A stretch of DNA of 64,000 nt from Planctomycetota bacterium. GTDB lineage: Bacteria; Planctomycetota; Phycisphaerae; UBA1845. The notes under the pieces were generated by a model. It worked only from the letters and a program-made list of their open reading frames with translations. It did not search any database and was not told the DNA's origin. The stretch is from contig JAJRYY010000127.1 in the NCBI GenBank assembly GCA_024275565.1, positions 124 to 64,123 on the forward strand. The letters are read 5' to 3'. A program made the translations under genes and the position numbers. Shown piece by piece: positions 46,709 to 56,509 of the stretch; position 1 is the first letter of the stretch; each line of letters starts with the position of its first letter.

Positions 46709-48301
46709 ATGTCGTTGAATTATCGCAGGAAAATACTGACCCAGAACGAGCTGAAAGAGCGAGCGGCGAACGCACATCGTGACGGTAAAGTTGTGGTTCA
46801 ATGTCACGGATGCTTCGACATCGTTCACCCCGGTCATATTCGTTATCTGGAGTACGCCCGCCGGCAGGGGGATCTGCTGCTGGTCTCAATGACGGGTGAT
46901 TCGAATGTCCTCAAAGGGGATCAACGCCCCTACATCCCGCAGGAGCTTCGGGCGGAAAGTATGGCTGCGCTGGAATGCGTGGACTGGGTCTATATTGATC
47001 CGAATGCGACGGCTGAACGCGTGCTGGAGGATGTTCAGCCAGACGTGTATGTCAAAGGCCGCGAGTATGAATTGCAGGAGGATCCGCGATTTCTGGCGGA
47101 GCGGAATGTCGTGGAGCGTCATGGTGGGAAGGTGATCTTTTCCAGTGGCGACGTGGTGTTCAGTTCGACAGAAATTGTGCGTTCGTTCAACCGTGACGCA
47201 TCGCTCGAGAACCATGGTCTTCGGGCGATCTGCGATCGTCATGGCGTGACGCAGTCGAGTTTGCGTAAGATGTTGGACACTTTTCGACATTTGCGCGTGC
47301 TGATCGTCGGCGATACCGTGGTCGATCGGTATGTGTTCTGCGATGCGTTGAACATCGCCAGTGAAGCACCGATGATGTCGCTCAAGCGTCTCGATGAGCG
47401 CACCTACGTCGGTGGGGCTGCCATCGTCGCGCGACACATTGCAGCCTTGGGAGCGCAGGCGTCGTTTGTGACAGCCGTGGGCAATGACGCGTTATCGTCT
47501 GAGGTCGAGGAGGTCTTGCGGACCGAGGGTGTGACGCCGCATCTGGTACGCTGTCGAGCCAATGTTGTGGAGAAAACACGGTTTCTGGTAGAAGAAGAGA
47601 AGCTGTTGAAGGTGGAATCGGCTGAGGTTGTCCCGCTGGATTCGCTCTCGCAGCGTCGTACGGCGAGCGTTCTGGAAGATGAGGCGAGCAAGGCAGACCT
47701 GGTGATTCTCTGCGACTTCGGGTTTGGCATGATTACCGGGTCACTGTTGCAACAGGTAATGCCGATGCTCCGCAAGCATGTGCCGATCGTGACGGCTGAC
47801 GTCAGCGGGCCGCGTGCGAATCTCCATAGTTTCCACGGTGCGGATTTGCTCTGTCCGACAGAGCGTGAGCTGCGAACGAGCGTCAACGATTTCAATCAGG
47901 GGCTTTCGCATGTCGCGTATCGCGTGATGGAGAAGACCCAGGCGAAGCAGTTGTTCGTCACACTCGAAAAGAAGGGGGTCGTGGTGTTCCATCGCGCATC
48001 CGACGACCCTTCTTCGCCAGAGTGGGCGGCGCGGTTGCTCAGTGAGCATTACCCGACATTCTGCAACCGCCCCCTCGATCGCCTTGGCGGTGGTGATGCG
48101 TTGCTGGCGGCGGCTTCGTTGTCCCTGGCTGCCGGTGCGGATCTGATGCACGCTGCATATCTTGGTAATACAGCGGCTGCCATCGCCATATCGCGGGTCG
48201 GAAATCTGCCCGTGGAGCATGGCGATGTCCGTCGGTGGCTGGCGTGTCGGTCGGAACTCCCCATTGGCGAGAAGTGCGAAAAGATCGCGTTCCCTGCGTA
48301 G
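46709..48301 (+). CDS. Bifunctional cytidylyl/adenylyltransferase (RfaE-II-like) + PfkB sugar kinase (RfaE-I-like), HldE-like with swapped domain order
   Basis: N-terminal CHGCFDIVHPGHIRYL (HxGH nucleotidyltransferase). C-terminal PfkB kinase (LIVGDTVVDRY...GGAAIVA...DRLGGGDALLAA). Conservative start at ATG 46709; the ORF is open from GTG 46409. Confidence 0.85.
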   Translation: MSLNYRRKILTQNELKERAANAHRDGKVVVQCHGCFDIVHPGHIRYLEYARRQGDLLLVSMTGDSNVLKGDQRPYIPQELRAESMAALECVDWVYIDPNATAERVLEDVQPDVYVKGREYELQEDPRFLAERNVVERHGGKVIFSSGDVVFSSTEIVRSFNRDASLENHGLRAICDRHGVTQSSLRKMLDTFRHLRVLIVGDTVVDRYVFCDALNIASEAPMMSLKRLDERTYVGGAAIVARHIAALGAQASFVTAVGNDALSSEVEEVLRTEGVTPHLVRCRANVVEKTRFLVEEEKLLKVESAEVVPLDSLSQRRTASVLEDEASKADLVILCDFGFGMITGSLLQQVMPMLRKHVPIVTADVSGPRANLHSFHGADLLCPTERELRTSVNDFNQGLSHVAYRVMEKTQAKQLFVTLEKKGVVVFHRASDDPSSPEWAARLLSEHYPTFCNRPLDRLGGGDALLAAASLSLAAGADLMHAAYLGNTAAAIAISRVGNLPVEHGDVRRWLACRSELPIGEKCEKIAFPA

Positions 48302-48424
48302 GGTTGTGGTGCATTTCTGCCATGCGGACCATGACACAACACCAGTCACTGTTGCTGGCGCTTGCCCTATCCCCGTGAATCTGCGACGCTCTCTCCGAAT
48401 GACGGACCTACGGAGCAGCAAACC

Positions 48425-49276
48425 ATGAGCGACGATACGCAAAAACTCGTGCAGGCGATTCTGGATTCGCCATCCTATCTATTGGCAGAGGAAGACAACG
48501 CGTTTCTCAGGCGCGAGGAGCTTCGGGGGAATCGGCTTGCACTGGAGTTACTCAAGCCGGAGATTATACAGCAGGAACTCAACATCAATTCGACGATCGT
48601 GATGTTTGGCGGTAGTCGCATTCTGGAGGAATCCAAGGCTGAGCAGCGTGTCAAGGATACGGAGCAGCAGTTGCGTGCTGATCCTGACAATGCGGATTTG
48701 TTGCGAAGCGTTCGCATTGCAAAGAGTCAGCTCGCCAAATCCAAATATTACGATGCTGCACGGGAGCTTGGTCGGATCGTCTCATCGACGTGTCAGATCG
48801 GTGGGAAATGCGAATTTGTCGTTGTGACGGGCGGTGGACCGGGGATCATGGAGGCTGCCAATCGCGGTGCGTATGACGCTGATTGTAAGTCGGTTGGTAT
48901 GAACATCACGCTGCCCTTCGAGCAGTCGCCGAACCCATATATTTCGCCGGAATTGTGCTTCAATTTCCGCTATTTTGCGGTGCGTAAGATGCATTTTCTG
49001 ATGCGGGCGCGGGCGTTGGTTGCGTTTCCCGGCGGGTTCGGGACGCTGGATGAGTTGTTTGAGGCGTTGACGCTCGTGCAGACGGGCAAGACCGATCGGA
49101 TTCCGATCATCCTGTTCGGGCGGGCGTTCTGGGATGCGTTGATCAACTGGCCTATGTTCGTCGAGGAGGGCGTTATCAGTCCGGAGGATATGGACCTTAT
49201 TTTCTACGCTGAGACTGCAGCAGAGGCATGGGAGATCATCGTGCGGGAAAATCCGGGTCGCGTGACGGTGCCGTGA
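48425..49276 (+). CDS. LOG-family (TIGR00730-type) nucleotide 5'-monophosphate nucleosidase-like protein
   Basis: GGGPGIMEAANRGA and PGGFGTLDELFEALTLVQT motifs. Confidence 0.85.
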   Translation: MSDDTQKLVQAILDSPSYLLAEEDNAFLRREELRGNRLALELLKPEIIQQELNINSTIVMFGGSRILEESKAEQRVKDTEQQLRADPDNADLLRSVRIAKSQLAKSKYYDAARELGRIVSSTCQIGGKCEFVVVTGGGPGIMEAANRGAYDADCKSVGMNITLPFEQSPNPYISPELCFNFRYFAVRKMHFLMRARALVAFPGGFGTLDELFEALTLVQTGKTDRIPIILFGRAFWDALINWPMFVEEGVISPEDMDLIFYAETAAEAWEIIVRENPGRVTVP

Positions 49277-49284
49277 TCGACTCG

Positions 49285-49569
49285 ATGGTTGACGTTGCGA
49301 AATGTCCGAAGAAGGCTGCAAGTCCAGCCCGACCCTCGTGGTTCGCGGTGGCAGCGCGCGGGACGGTCGTGCGGCGGTCGCTATTTTACGCTGTCATCGT
49401 GGGTCCGGTCCTTATCGCCATCAACCACGGTGACGCATTGCTGGCGGGTGACATCGGTATGGCACGCGCGGCGAAAATGGTCATGACCATGGCAGTACCC
49501 TACCTGGTTTCAACCTTCTCCAGCGTCAGCGCCCTGCGCAGCGCGACTGCAACACCTCCTGCACGCTGA
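49285..49569 (+). CDS. Small membrane protein resembling the NrtS (putative nitrate/nitrite transporter) family
   Basis: VRRSLFYAVIVGPVLIAINHGD...MAVPYLVSTFS pattern, recalled from family knowledge and not verified. Confidence 0.45.
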   Translation: MVDVAKCPKKAASPARPSWFAVAARGTVVRRSLFYAVIVGPVLIAINHGDALLAGDIGMARAAKMVMTMAVPYLVSTFSSVSALRSATATPPAR

Positions 49570-49585
49570 TGCCTTGACTTATCAT

Positions 49586-49615
49586 TCCACGGCCTACACC
49601 CCCGAATCCCACGGC

Positions 49616-49627
<12 letters not shown>
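49586..49627. repeat. 21-bp x2 tandem duplication spanning the glyQS stop codon
   Basis: tccacggcctacacccccgaa / tcccacggcctacactccgag. The second copy encodes ...LGV-stop on the minus strand. Confidence 0.9.
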
Positions 49628-51184
<1,557 letters not shown>

Positions 51185-51863
51185 CGAAGCACCTGTCGCG
51201 TTTAGTTTCCTGTCGCGCCTAAATATATGTGAATACTGTGGTTACCTGTTATCGGACTCATTCGAACCTGCAATGATCTCGTTGCCTGGGGCATTTTTAC
51301 CACAATCCGCCCGGAACGCCAAAAAGTGCGCACCCACATCGCAACATGGTTGTAAGTTGAGTCAACATAATGGGTTATGGCGTTTCATGGGTTCGAGGTG
51401 GTATAACGCCGTTGCTTTTTCGCAACACATGCTGGGTTCCGGTCACTGATTTGCGTTGCGACGACTGATAATCTCAGCCCGTGCTGGGGTTTCGCTTCGG
51501 TTTCATCTATTCGGACCGCACGCGCAAAATTGGCACACCCTTTGCCTTATGGTTTCAGCGAGTGGGTCTCAGGGCTGGATAATCAGGGTGATCATTCTGG
51601 GGGGAAGAATCATGTGGCAATATCGAATCTACACGTTTTTCCGTCGTAAACTGAAAATCACGTTCTACACATTTCTTTGCTACGCTTCGCTCTGTTGATC
51701 TCTTCCGCGGGTCAGTTTGCTGAGTGGAATGGGACTTTAGGGGAACCGATCCCGGGCCGATAATAATGTCTGCTCTGGTGGTTCCCTGGGATGCATGCAG
51801 CCTCCCCCGCTGTATGCAGTGATCCTGATTTCCTGACAGCATGGAGTGAGATTGATAGTGGGT

Positions 51864-53297
51864 ATGACAATTGACCTGTCGGCGTTGCAAGTTGACGTGT
51901 CGGCGATGCAAGTTGGTCAAACGCCGTCTGCTGCACCCATTTCGCGCTTGTTGTTCCTCAATAACCCTGGTCGGATGAGTCGGTATTTTCTCGAAGGTCT
52001 GATCGCTGCGGCGGATGGTCTGGGCATCGAGTATCGTGTGTGTGAGCTTGGTGCGGTCTGGTCGAGGCGGGCGAGCGACATGGCAGGGGTCACGCGCGAG
52101 ATGGCTGAGATGGTCCGTCGTGAGCGGATCACTGCAGTGCTCGGGTATACGATGAATGGTGCGGCGGATTTTGAATGCCGTTGTCGCAGCGATGGTACGC
52201 CTATGAGTTTGTTTGAGGCGCTTGGCGTGAAGCACCTGATGTTCTGGTCGGACCATCCACAGTGGGCATCGAACAAGACCGCACTGCTTCCCGATCTGCA
52301 ACCGCTCCTGCGTTCCGCCAACAATTACCATTTTCTCAAGTGCGAATCGGCTGCAAGGGAGATCGATCGCGTGCTGGGCTGGCTGAATTGTCATGGTCTG
52401 CCCGTTGGCGAGGATCCCAAGATGGTGCGTCCTCAACCGCACATCGAGGCGGAATTCGACCTTGTGTCGATCGTTGGGACGTCGCCACAGCTCGAACCGT
52501 GGATATTGCCCTTTCTGGATCAGAAAAATCCAGATATCGACGCCATCAACGGGATTGTGGCGGGTCTGGTTCGGGAGGGATTGTCGGATGTCTGGCTGCG
52601 TGACGTTCCGGAACCGATGCTGGCGTCGCTCGTGAAGATGGGGGACGACTGGGTTGAGCGGCGACGTGTTGATGGTCGCACTGCTTCCTTTCGGCATTTG
52701 GAGGCCTTGACGCGAGATCACGGTGATGCAGTGCAGTGGTTGCTTGGTCATCCGCAGACCTATTTTGATGCGGTCGATCAGTTGTGGTTGTTTGGTCGGT
52801 GGCAGCGGCCGTTTTATCTTTCCTTTCTCCCGAAGTATTTTCGTGTGGCGGTCTTTGGTTCTGACTGGTCTTCTGCGGGTTGTGCTGGTGGTGACTGGGT
52901 CGATCACCATCATCAGGCAGAAGCCTACGCCCGTGGACAGGTGGCGTTCAGCGTGTCGCAGGCCACCGATGAGGAGGGAATCGCGCACAAGCCGTTCGAG
53001 ATGGCAGCCAGCGGTGTGCCCTTTGTACATAATCATGCCAGGGGATTGTCCGACTACTTCACGCTTGGCAGTGAGGTTGGGGTCTTCGATACGCCGTCGG
53101 ATGCCTGCGACCTTATCTCCGATCTGATCCGCGACCCGGCGCGACGGGCGGAAATGGGTAGAGCAGCGAGAGCGCGTTTTGAGCAGGATCACACCTGGGC
53201 GAATCGACTGGAGCGCATGCTGATGGCGGCTGGTCTGCCGGTGGCGACGTTTCGAGCTTCGTCCACGCCCGTGGTTCGATCCCCCGTCCACGCGTAG
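51864..53297 (+). CDS. CgeB-like / DUF3880-type glycosyltransferase (GT-B C-terminal half)
   Basis: C-terminal HKPFEMAASGVPFV...DPARRAEMGRAARARFEQDHTWANRLERML resembles the Glyco_trans_1_2 / CgeB family. The 5' end contains a 21-bp x2 duplication (51878..51919). Confidence 0.55.
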   Translation: MTIDLSALQVDVSAMQVGQTPSAAPISRLLFLNNPGRMSRYFLEGLIAAADGLGIEYRVCELGAVWSRRASDMAGVTREMAEMVRRERITAVLGYTMNGAADFECRCRSDGTPMSLFEALGVKHLMFWSDHPQWASNKTALLPDLQPLLRSANNYHFLKCESAAREIDRVLGWLNCHGLPVGEDPKMVRPQPHIEAEFDLVSIVGTSPQLEPWILPFLDQKNPDIDAINGIVAGLVREGLSDVWLRDVPEPMLASLVKMGDDWVERRRVDGRTASFRHLEALTRDHGDAVQWLLGHPQTYFDAVDQLWLFGRWQRPFYLSFLPKYFRVAVFGSDWSSAGCAGGDWVDHHHQAEAYARGQVAFSVSQATDEEGIAHKPFEMAASGVPFVHNHARGLSDYFTLGSEVGVFDTPSDACDLISDLIRDPARRAEMGRAARARFEQDHTWANRLERMLMAAGLPVATFRASSTPVVRSPVHA

Positions 53298-53318
53298 GCT
53301 TTACGGATGGGCGATTTC

Positions 53319-53744
53319 TCATCGGGATTCTGTCGCGTTGCCGCATTCGGAGCAGCGTCCGCTTTCGTTGCCCTCCAGATTGTACCCGCACGCCATGCAG
53401 GTTCTCCATCCATATTCAATGAGCTGTTCGCGCAAAATGCGCCGGATACGACCTTGAAGTAGAGCGATCATGATTATTCTGATGGGTATTCCGGCTAGCA
53501 GGAAAAGTGGGTACGCGAGTAGTTCAGGAACTGTGTCGTAGAGGAACCCTGCCCAGACGAAAGCGCAGGCGATAAACCCGAATACGATCACCAGTTCTTT
53601 GATACCTACCGATACCTGCCGCATGGCTTCGCGGTCGGCGGCAACCCAGGCTTCGCACCTTTTCTTCTGAGTGTCATATCGCCGCAGCTCGGGGAACCAG
53701 ATACACCATAAAGCGAGAAGCGGACTCTCAAAAAACCAGAACAT
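53319..53744 (-). CDS. Small membrane protein with C-terminal zinc-ribbon (CMACGYNLEG....CSECG)
   Basis: Three TM helices then a Cys4 motif. The start is placed downstream of the upstream gene's stop. Same architecture as 24453..24971. Confidence 0.6.
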   Translation of the reverse strand: MFWFFESPLLALWCIWFPELRRYDTQKKRCEAWVAADREAMRQVSVGIKELVIVFGFIACAFVWAGFLYDTVPELLAYPLFLLAGIPIRIIMIALLQGRIRRILREQLIEYGWRTCMACGYNLEGNESGRCSECGNATESR

Positions 53745-53842
53745 GAACGTCAATCCTTTGGGTGTATCACGACCGGGGGAGGTCAGTCCCTCATGTGTGC
53801 AGAGGATACGATAATCGTTATGAACCAGAATGTGAAACAGTG

Positions 53843-54736
53843 CTAGATTCCGAGCTTCGGGCATAGTCGTTCATGCCAGAATTTCGTGATCCTTGAAGGC
53901 TCGTCGCGCAGACGGTGTACTTCCGGATCTATGAAATGGAAGGTGGGGGTTGCACAGAACCGACCGACCGAGCGATATCCCATCCGCTCCAGAATGTCGG
54001 TGACCTCGCGGAGAACGCCTTCGTTGAACAGCTCGACTGCCAGTTGCGGACGATGACGCTGCAGCATCTTTTCTCCCCCGCGCAAGACGTCTGCCTCCAT
54101 GCCCTCGACGTCGATCTTCAGGAATCGGATCGGTAGCGGTCCAAACTGTTGCTCAGCCCGGGTCGCAACATCGTCCAGCGTTGTCACTCGAATAGCGCAA
54201 TCACTCTCCCCGCGGTCTTCTGGTGGTCCGTGACTACCTTCTGATGGTCCTTGGCTGCGTAACACCTTCAGCCGCGTCATGCCAGGGTTACGCCCTGCTC
54301 CGGGAGGCAGATATGTGCGTGCCCAGCCCGGTGTCGCACCAAGCCCTTCTGCTATGACCATGTTTCGATGGACGCGATTGGCCTTCAAATTCCGAGTCAG
54401 CAGGCGAGCGAATTCCGGTGATGGTTCGACAGATACGACTGCTTCTGCCAGAAATTTTCCGAAGAACACGCTATGGTTTCCGACATTCGCACCGGCATCT
54501 ATGAAGATACCACCGCGCGGTCCGCGTGCTGCGAGGTGTTCCAATAAATCGTGTTCGTAAAATGAGCTCGACGTTTGCCAGCATTTCGGGAGGTGGTCGT
54601 CATCGGGTGCGGCGATCAGATCAATTTCCGAGGTGATCGGCTGGTGCGATTCCCGGGCGTACCATGGCAATGTGTAGGTGAAGGTCATCCCCTGCTTATA
54701 CCTTTCTATACACGCCAAGATATCCGGAGCACGCAT
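53843..54736 (-). CDS. FkbM-family SAM methyltransferase
   Basis: FIDAGANVGNHSVFF and LKIDVEGMEADVLRG. Confidence 0.8.
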   Translation of the reverse strand: MRAPDILACIERYKQGMTFTYTLPWYARESHQPITSEIDLIAAPDDDHLPKCWQTSSSFYEHDLLEHLAARGPRGGIFIDAGANVGNHSVFFGKFLAEAVVSVEPSPEFARLLTRNLKANRVHRNMVIAEGLGATPGWARTYLPPGAGRNPGMTRLKVLRSQGPSEGSHGPPEDRGESDCAIRVTTLDDVATRAEQQFGPLPIRFLKIDVEGMEADVLRGGEKMLQRHRPQLAVELFNEGVLREVTDILERMGYRSVGRFCATPTFHFIDPEVHRLRDEPSRITKFWHERLCPKLGI

Positions 54737-55730
54737 TCACAAGTCGTCGATCGCCGTTGGTGCTCCATGCTTCCAATCCCCTCGCCAACACGCCCGCCAA
54801 AGATCGTCCCAGCAACGGTGCATTCGCAAGCGTTTCCGCTCCACATCCAAGCCCGTTGGCTGCGTAACCGATGCGTTGCAGTCCGTGTTCCGCCCAGAGT
54901 GCGTCAAACGCTTCGGGTGACATATTGTGGCGTTGCACCGCAGGCGTCTCGTCCTGCTGCTTCTGAGCAGCGATCCCCTTTTGTTTTCCACGCCCCGTCG
55001 TACTCAATGCCTGACACAGCCGTTGAATCCGCCAGAAACGATTCAGAGCGCCCGCACGCCATCGCGTGACACGGTGTGTGACTCGGTCTGGATTTGGAAT
55101 GGTGACCACCAGTGTCCCGCCCGAACTTAGCAGTCGACTGATTTCGCGAGCAGCAGCCAGCCGGTCCGGGAAATATTCGAAGACTCCCAGCCCCACGATC
55201 AGCCCAAACGTCTGGGGTGAATACCCCATATTTACCAGATTTCCCACCTCGAACGACGGGTTGGGGCGATTGCCGTCAGCCGGTGACCGGGGAAGGTCTG
55301 CCTGTTCGGCATTTCGACGAGCTGTGGCGATCATGGGTCCGCTGATGTCGAGACCTGTCACCTGAAGCCCGGTCCTCGCCAGCTCGATGGCTGCCCATCC
55401 TCCACCACACCCAACATCCAGGGCAGGCGTACCGGGCGGGAGTTTCAGGTTCCGGATGAACGTAAGTGCTTGTCGCAGCCGGATTTGGAACCCGAGTGCG
55501 TAGAGATCGTCCCGCTGATATAGTTCCGTCCAAAGCTTCGCCTCTGAGGTAAAATGCCGATCAACCTGGTGAAACTGTTCCGATTGAGAAGTATTGGCGA
55601 TCGCCACTGGCATGATGGACGCTCCCGAGTCGCTGGTTTGCACCTCCCCCCTGGGGTGGATAAGGGCTAAATTCCACAGAACACGCGTATTTATCGGAGT
55701 GTGAGGGAGCGAGCTTGATACCTCATCCAT
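54696..55730 (-). CDS. Class I SAM-dependent methyltransferase
   Basis: ALDVGCGGGWAAIELA motif I and GVFEYFPD. Confidence 0.85.
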   Translation of the reverse strand: MDEVSSSLPHTPINTRVLWNLALIHPRGEVQTSDSGASIMPVAIANTSQSEQFHQVDRHFTSEAKLWTELYQRDDLYALGFQIRLRQALTFIRNLKLPPGTPALDVGCGGGWAAIELARTGLQVTGLDISGPMIATARRNAEQADLPRSPADGNRPNPSFEVGNLVNMGYSPQTFGLIVGLGVFEYFPDRLAAAREISRLLSSGGTLVVTIPNPDRVTHRVTRWRAGALNRFWRIQRLCQALSTTGRGKQKGIAAQKQQDETPAVQRHNMSPEAFDALWAEHGLQRIGYAANGLGCGAETLANAPLLGRSLAGVLARGLEAWSTNGDRRLVNACSGYLGVYRKV

Positions 55731-55761
55731 GAACTCCTGTAGGCTTGCAGGGGTTGAGCGT

Positions 55762-55801
55762 TGTGAAAAGAGGGCGAATCGATCCTGTGACCGATTCGCC
55801 C
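55762..55801 (-). terminator. Intrinsic terminator downstream of the yjfB-like gene
   Basis: 10-bp perfect stem gggcgaatcg/cgattcgccc (55772-55781 / 55792-55801) with a 10-nt loop. TCTTTTC follows on the minus strand; GTCTGTTTTC on the plus strand makes it potentially bidirectional. Confidence 0.65.
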
Positions 55802-55899
55802 GTCTGTTTTCAATATGTATTTATTGTTCGTATGATATCGATCTGGCGTAACCTCGTTCATCGTGCGGTAAGGATCCATGTGTTGGATCCTGAAACAGC

Positions 55900-56127
55900 T
55901 TACGCGTGTACGTCGAGGTGGCCATCTGCTCCGACGGAATCCTGAGCCTGTTGCCCCTGTTTTCCGCTATGGGACGTCGTTTCGGAGGCGGATTGCAGCA
56001 ATGCCACGGCAGCCTGCCCTTCCGCTTTCTGGGCGTTCTGAGCAAGGTTCAATCCTGCAATGCTCGCATCCTGCCGCACCTGTGCTGCGGCCATACCTGC
56101 ATTTCCACCTACTTGTCCTACAGACAT
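55900..56127 (-). CDS. YjfB-like 'putative motility protein' family small protein
   Basis: 75 aa, Q/A/S-rich, with a C-terminal ...GxxLDVxA signature. AAGGAG Shine-Dalgarno 8 nt before the ATG. Confidence 0.55.
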   Translation of the reverse strand: MSVGQVGGNAGMAAAQVRQDASIAGLNLAQNAQKAEGQAAVALLQSASETTSHSGKQGQQAQDSVGADGHLDVHA

Positions 56128-56341
56128 CGGCGTGACTCCTTCTTTCGGTTACAATACGCGGTTCCGGCAGGTGCGATCACCTATCACCAGCGGGTTCATC
56201 GGTCCATGGAACGCGTGGCGTTGGTTCGATCCATGTGGCGATAAGATCGCTCGCAGCTTCGTCGAAAATGCTGGTGTTATGGGTCCGGGGGTGTCTGTGA
56301 CAACTATTTACATGGATTGAGTTTACAATGGGCCTTCGGTC

Positions 56342-56413
56342 GGCGGGTTGAATACGAATGGCCGGGTTGACATACGCATTGCCGGATTGAATACGGACGC
56401 AATCCGTTGACGC
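56342..56413. repeat. ~20-bp direct repeats x3.5 upstream of the M16 peptidase gene
   Basis: Units ggcgggttgaatacgaat / ggccgggttgacatacgcatt / gccggattgaatacggacgc / aatccgttgacgc (core CGG-R-TTGA-M-(A)TACG). Confidence 0.85.
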
Positions 56414-56509
56414 TGGTGACTGCTTGATTTATGAGTGCGTGTGGTGATCCGCAGTCGCACGGAGATTACGCTTGCGGCGCGATACAACTTCAGATGAGGA
56501 GCTATTTCG

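Noticed and set aside
51375-51425. tRNA-like 'gggttcgag' T-loop-like string, and a search for other RNA genes in the 660-bp glyQS/GT spacer (51185..51863).
   Set aside because: The flanking bases do not form a T-arm or acceptor stem. I saw no RNase P, SRP, tmRNA or 6S signature strings. The nearby ggcgtt…aacgcc stem has a 20-nt loop and is too weak to call.
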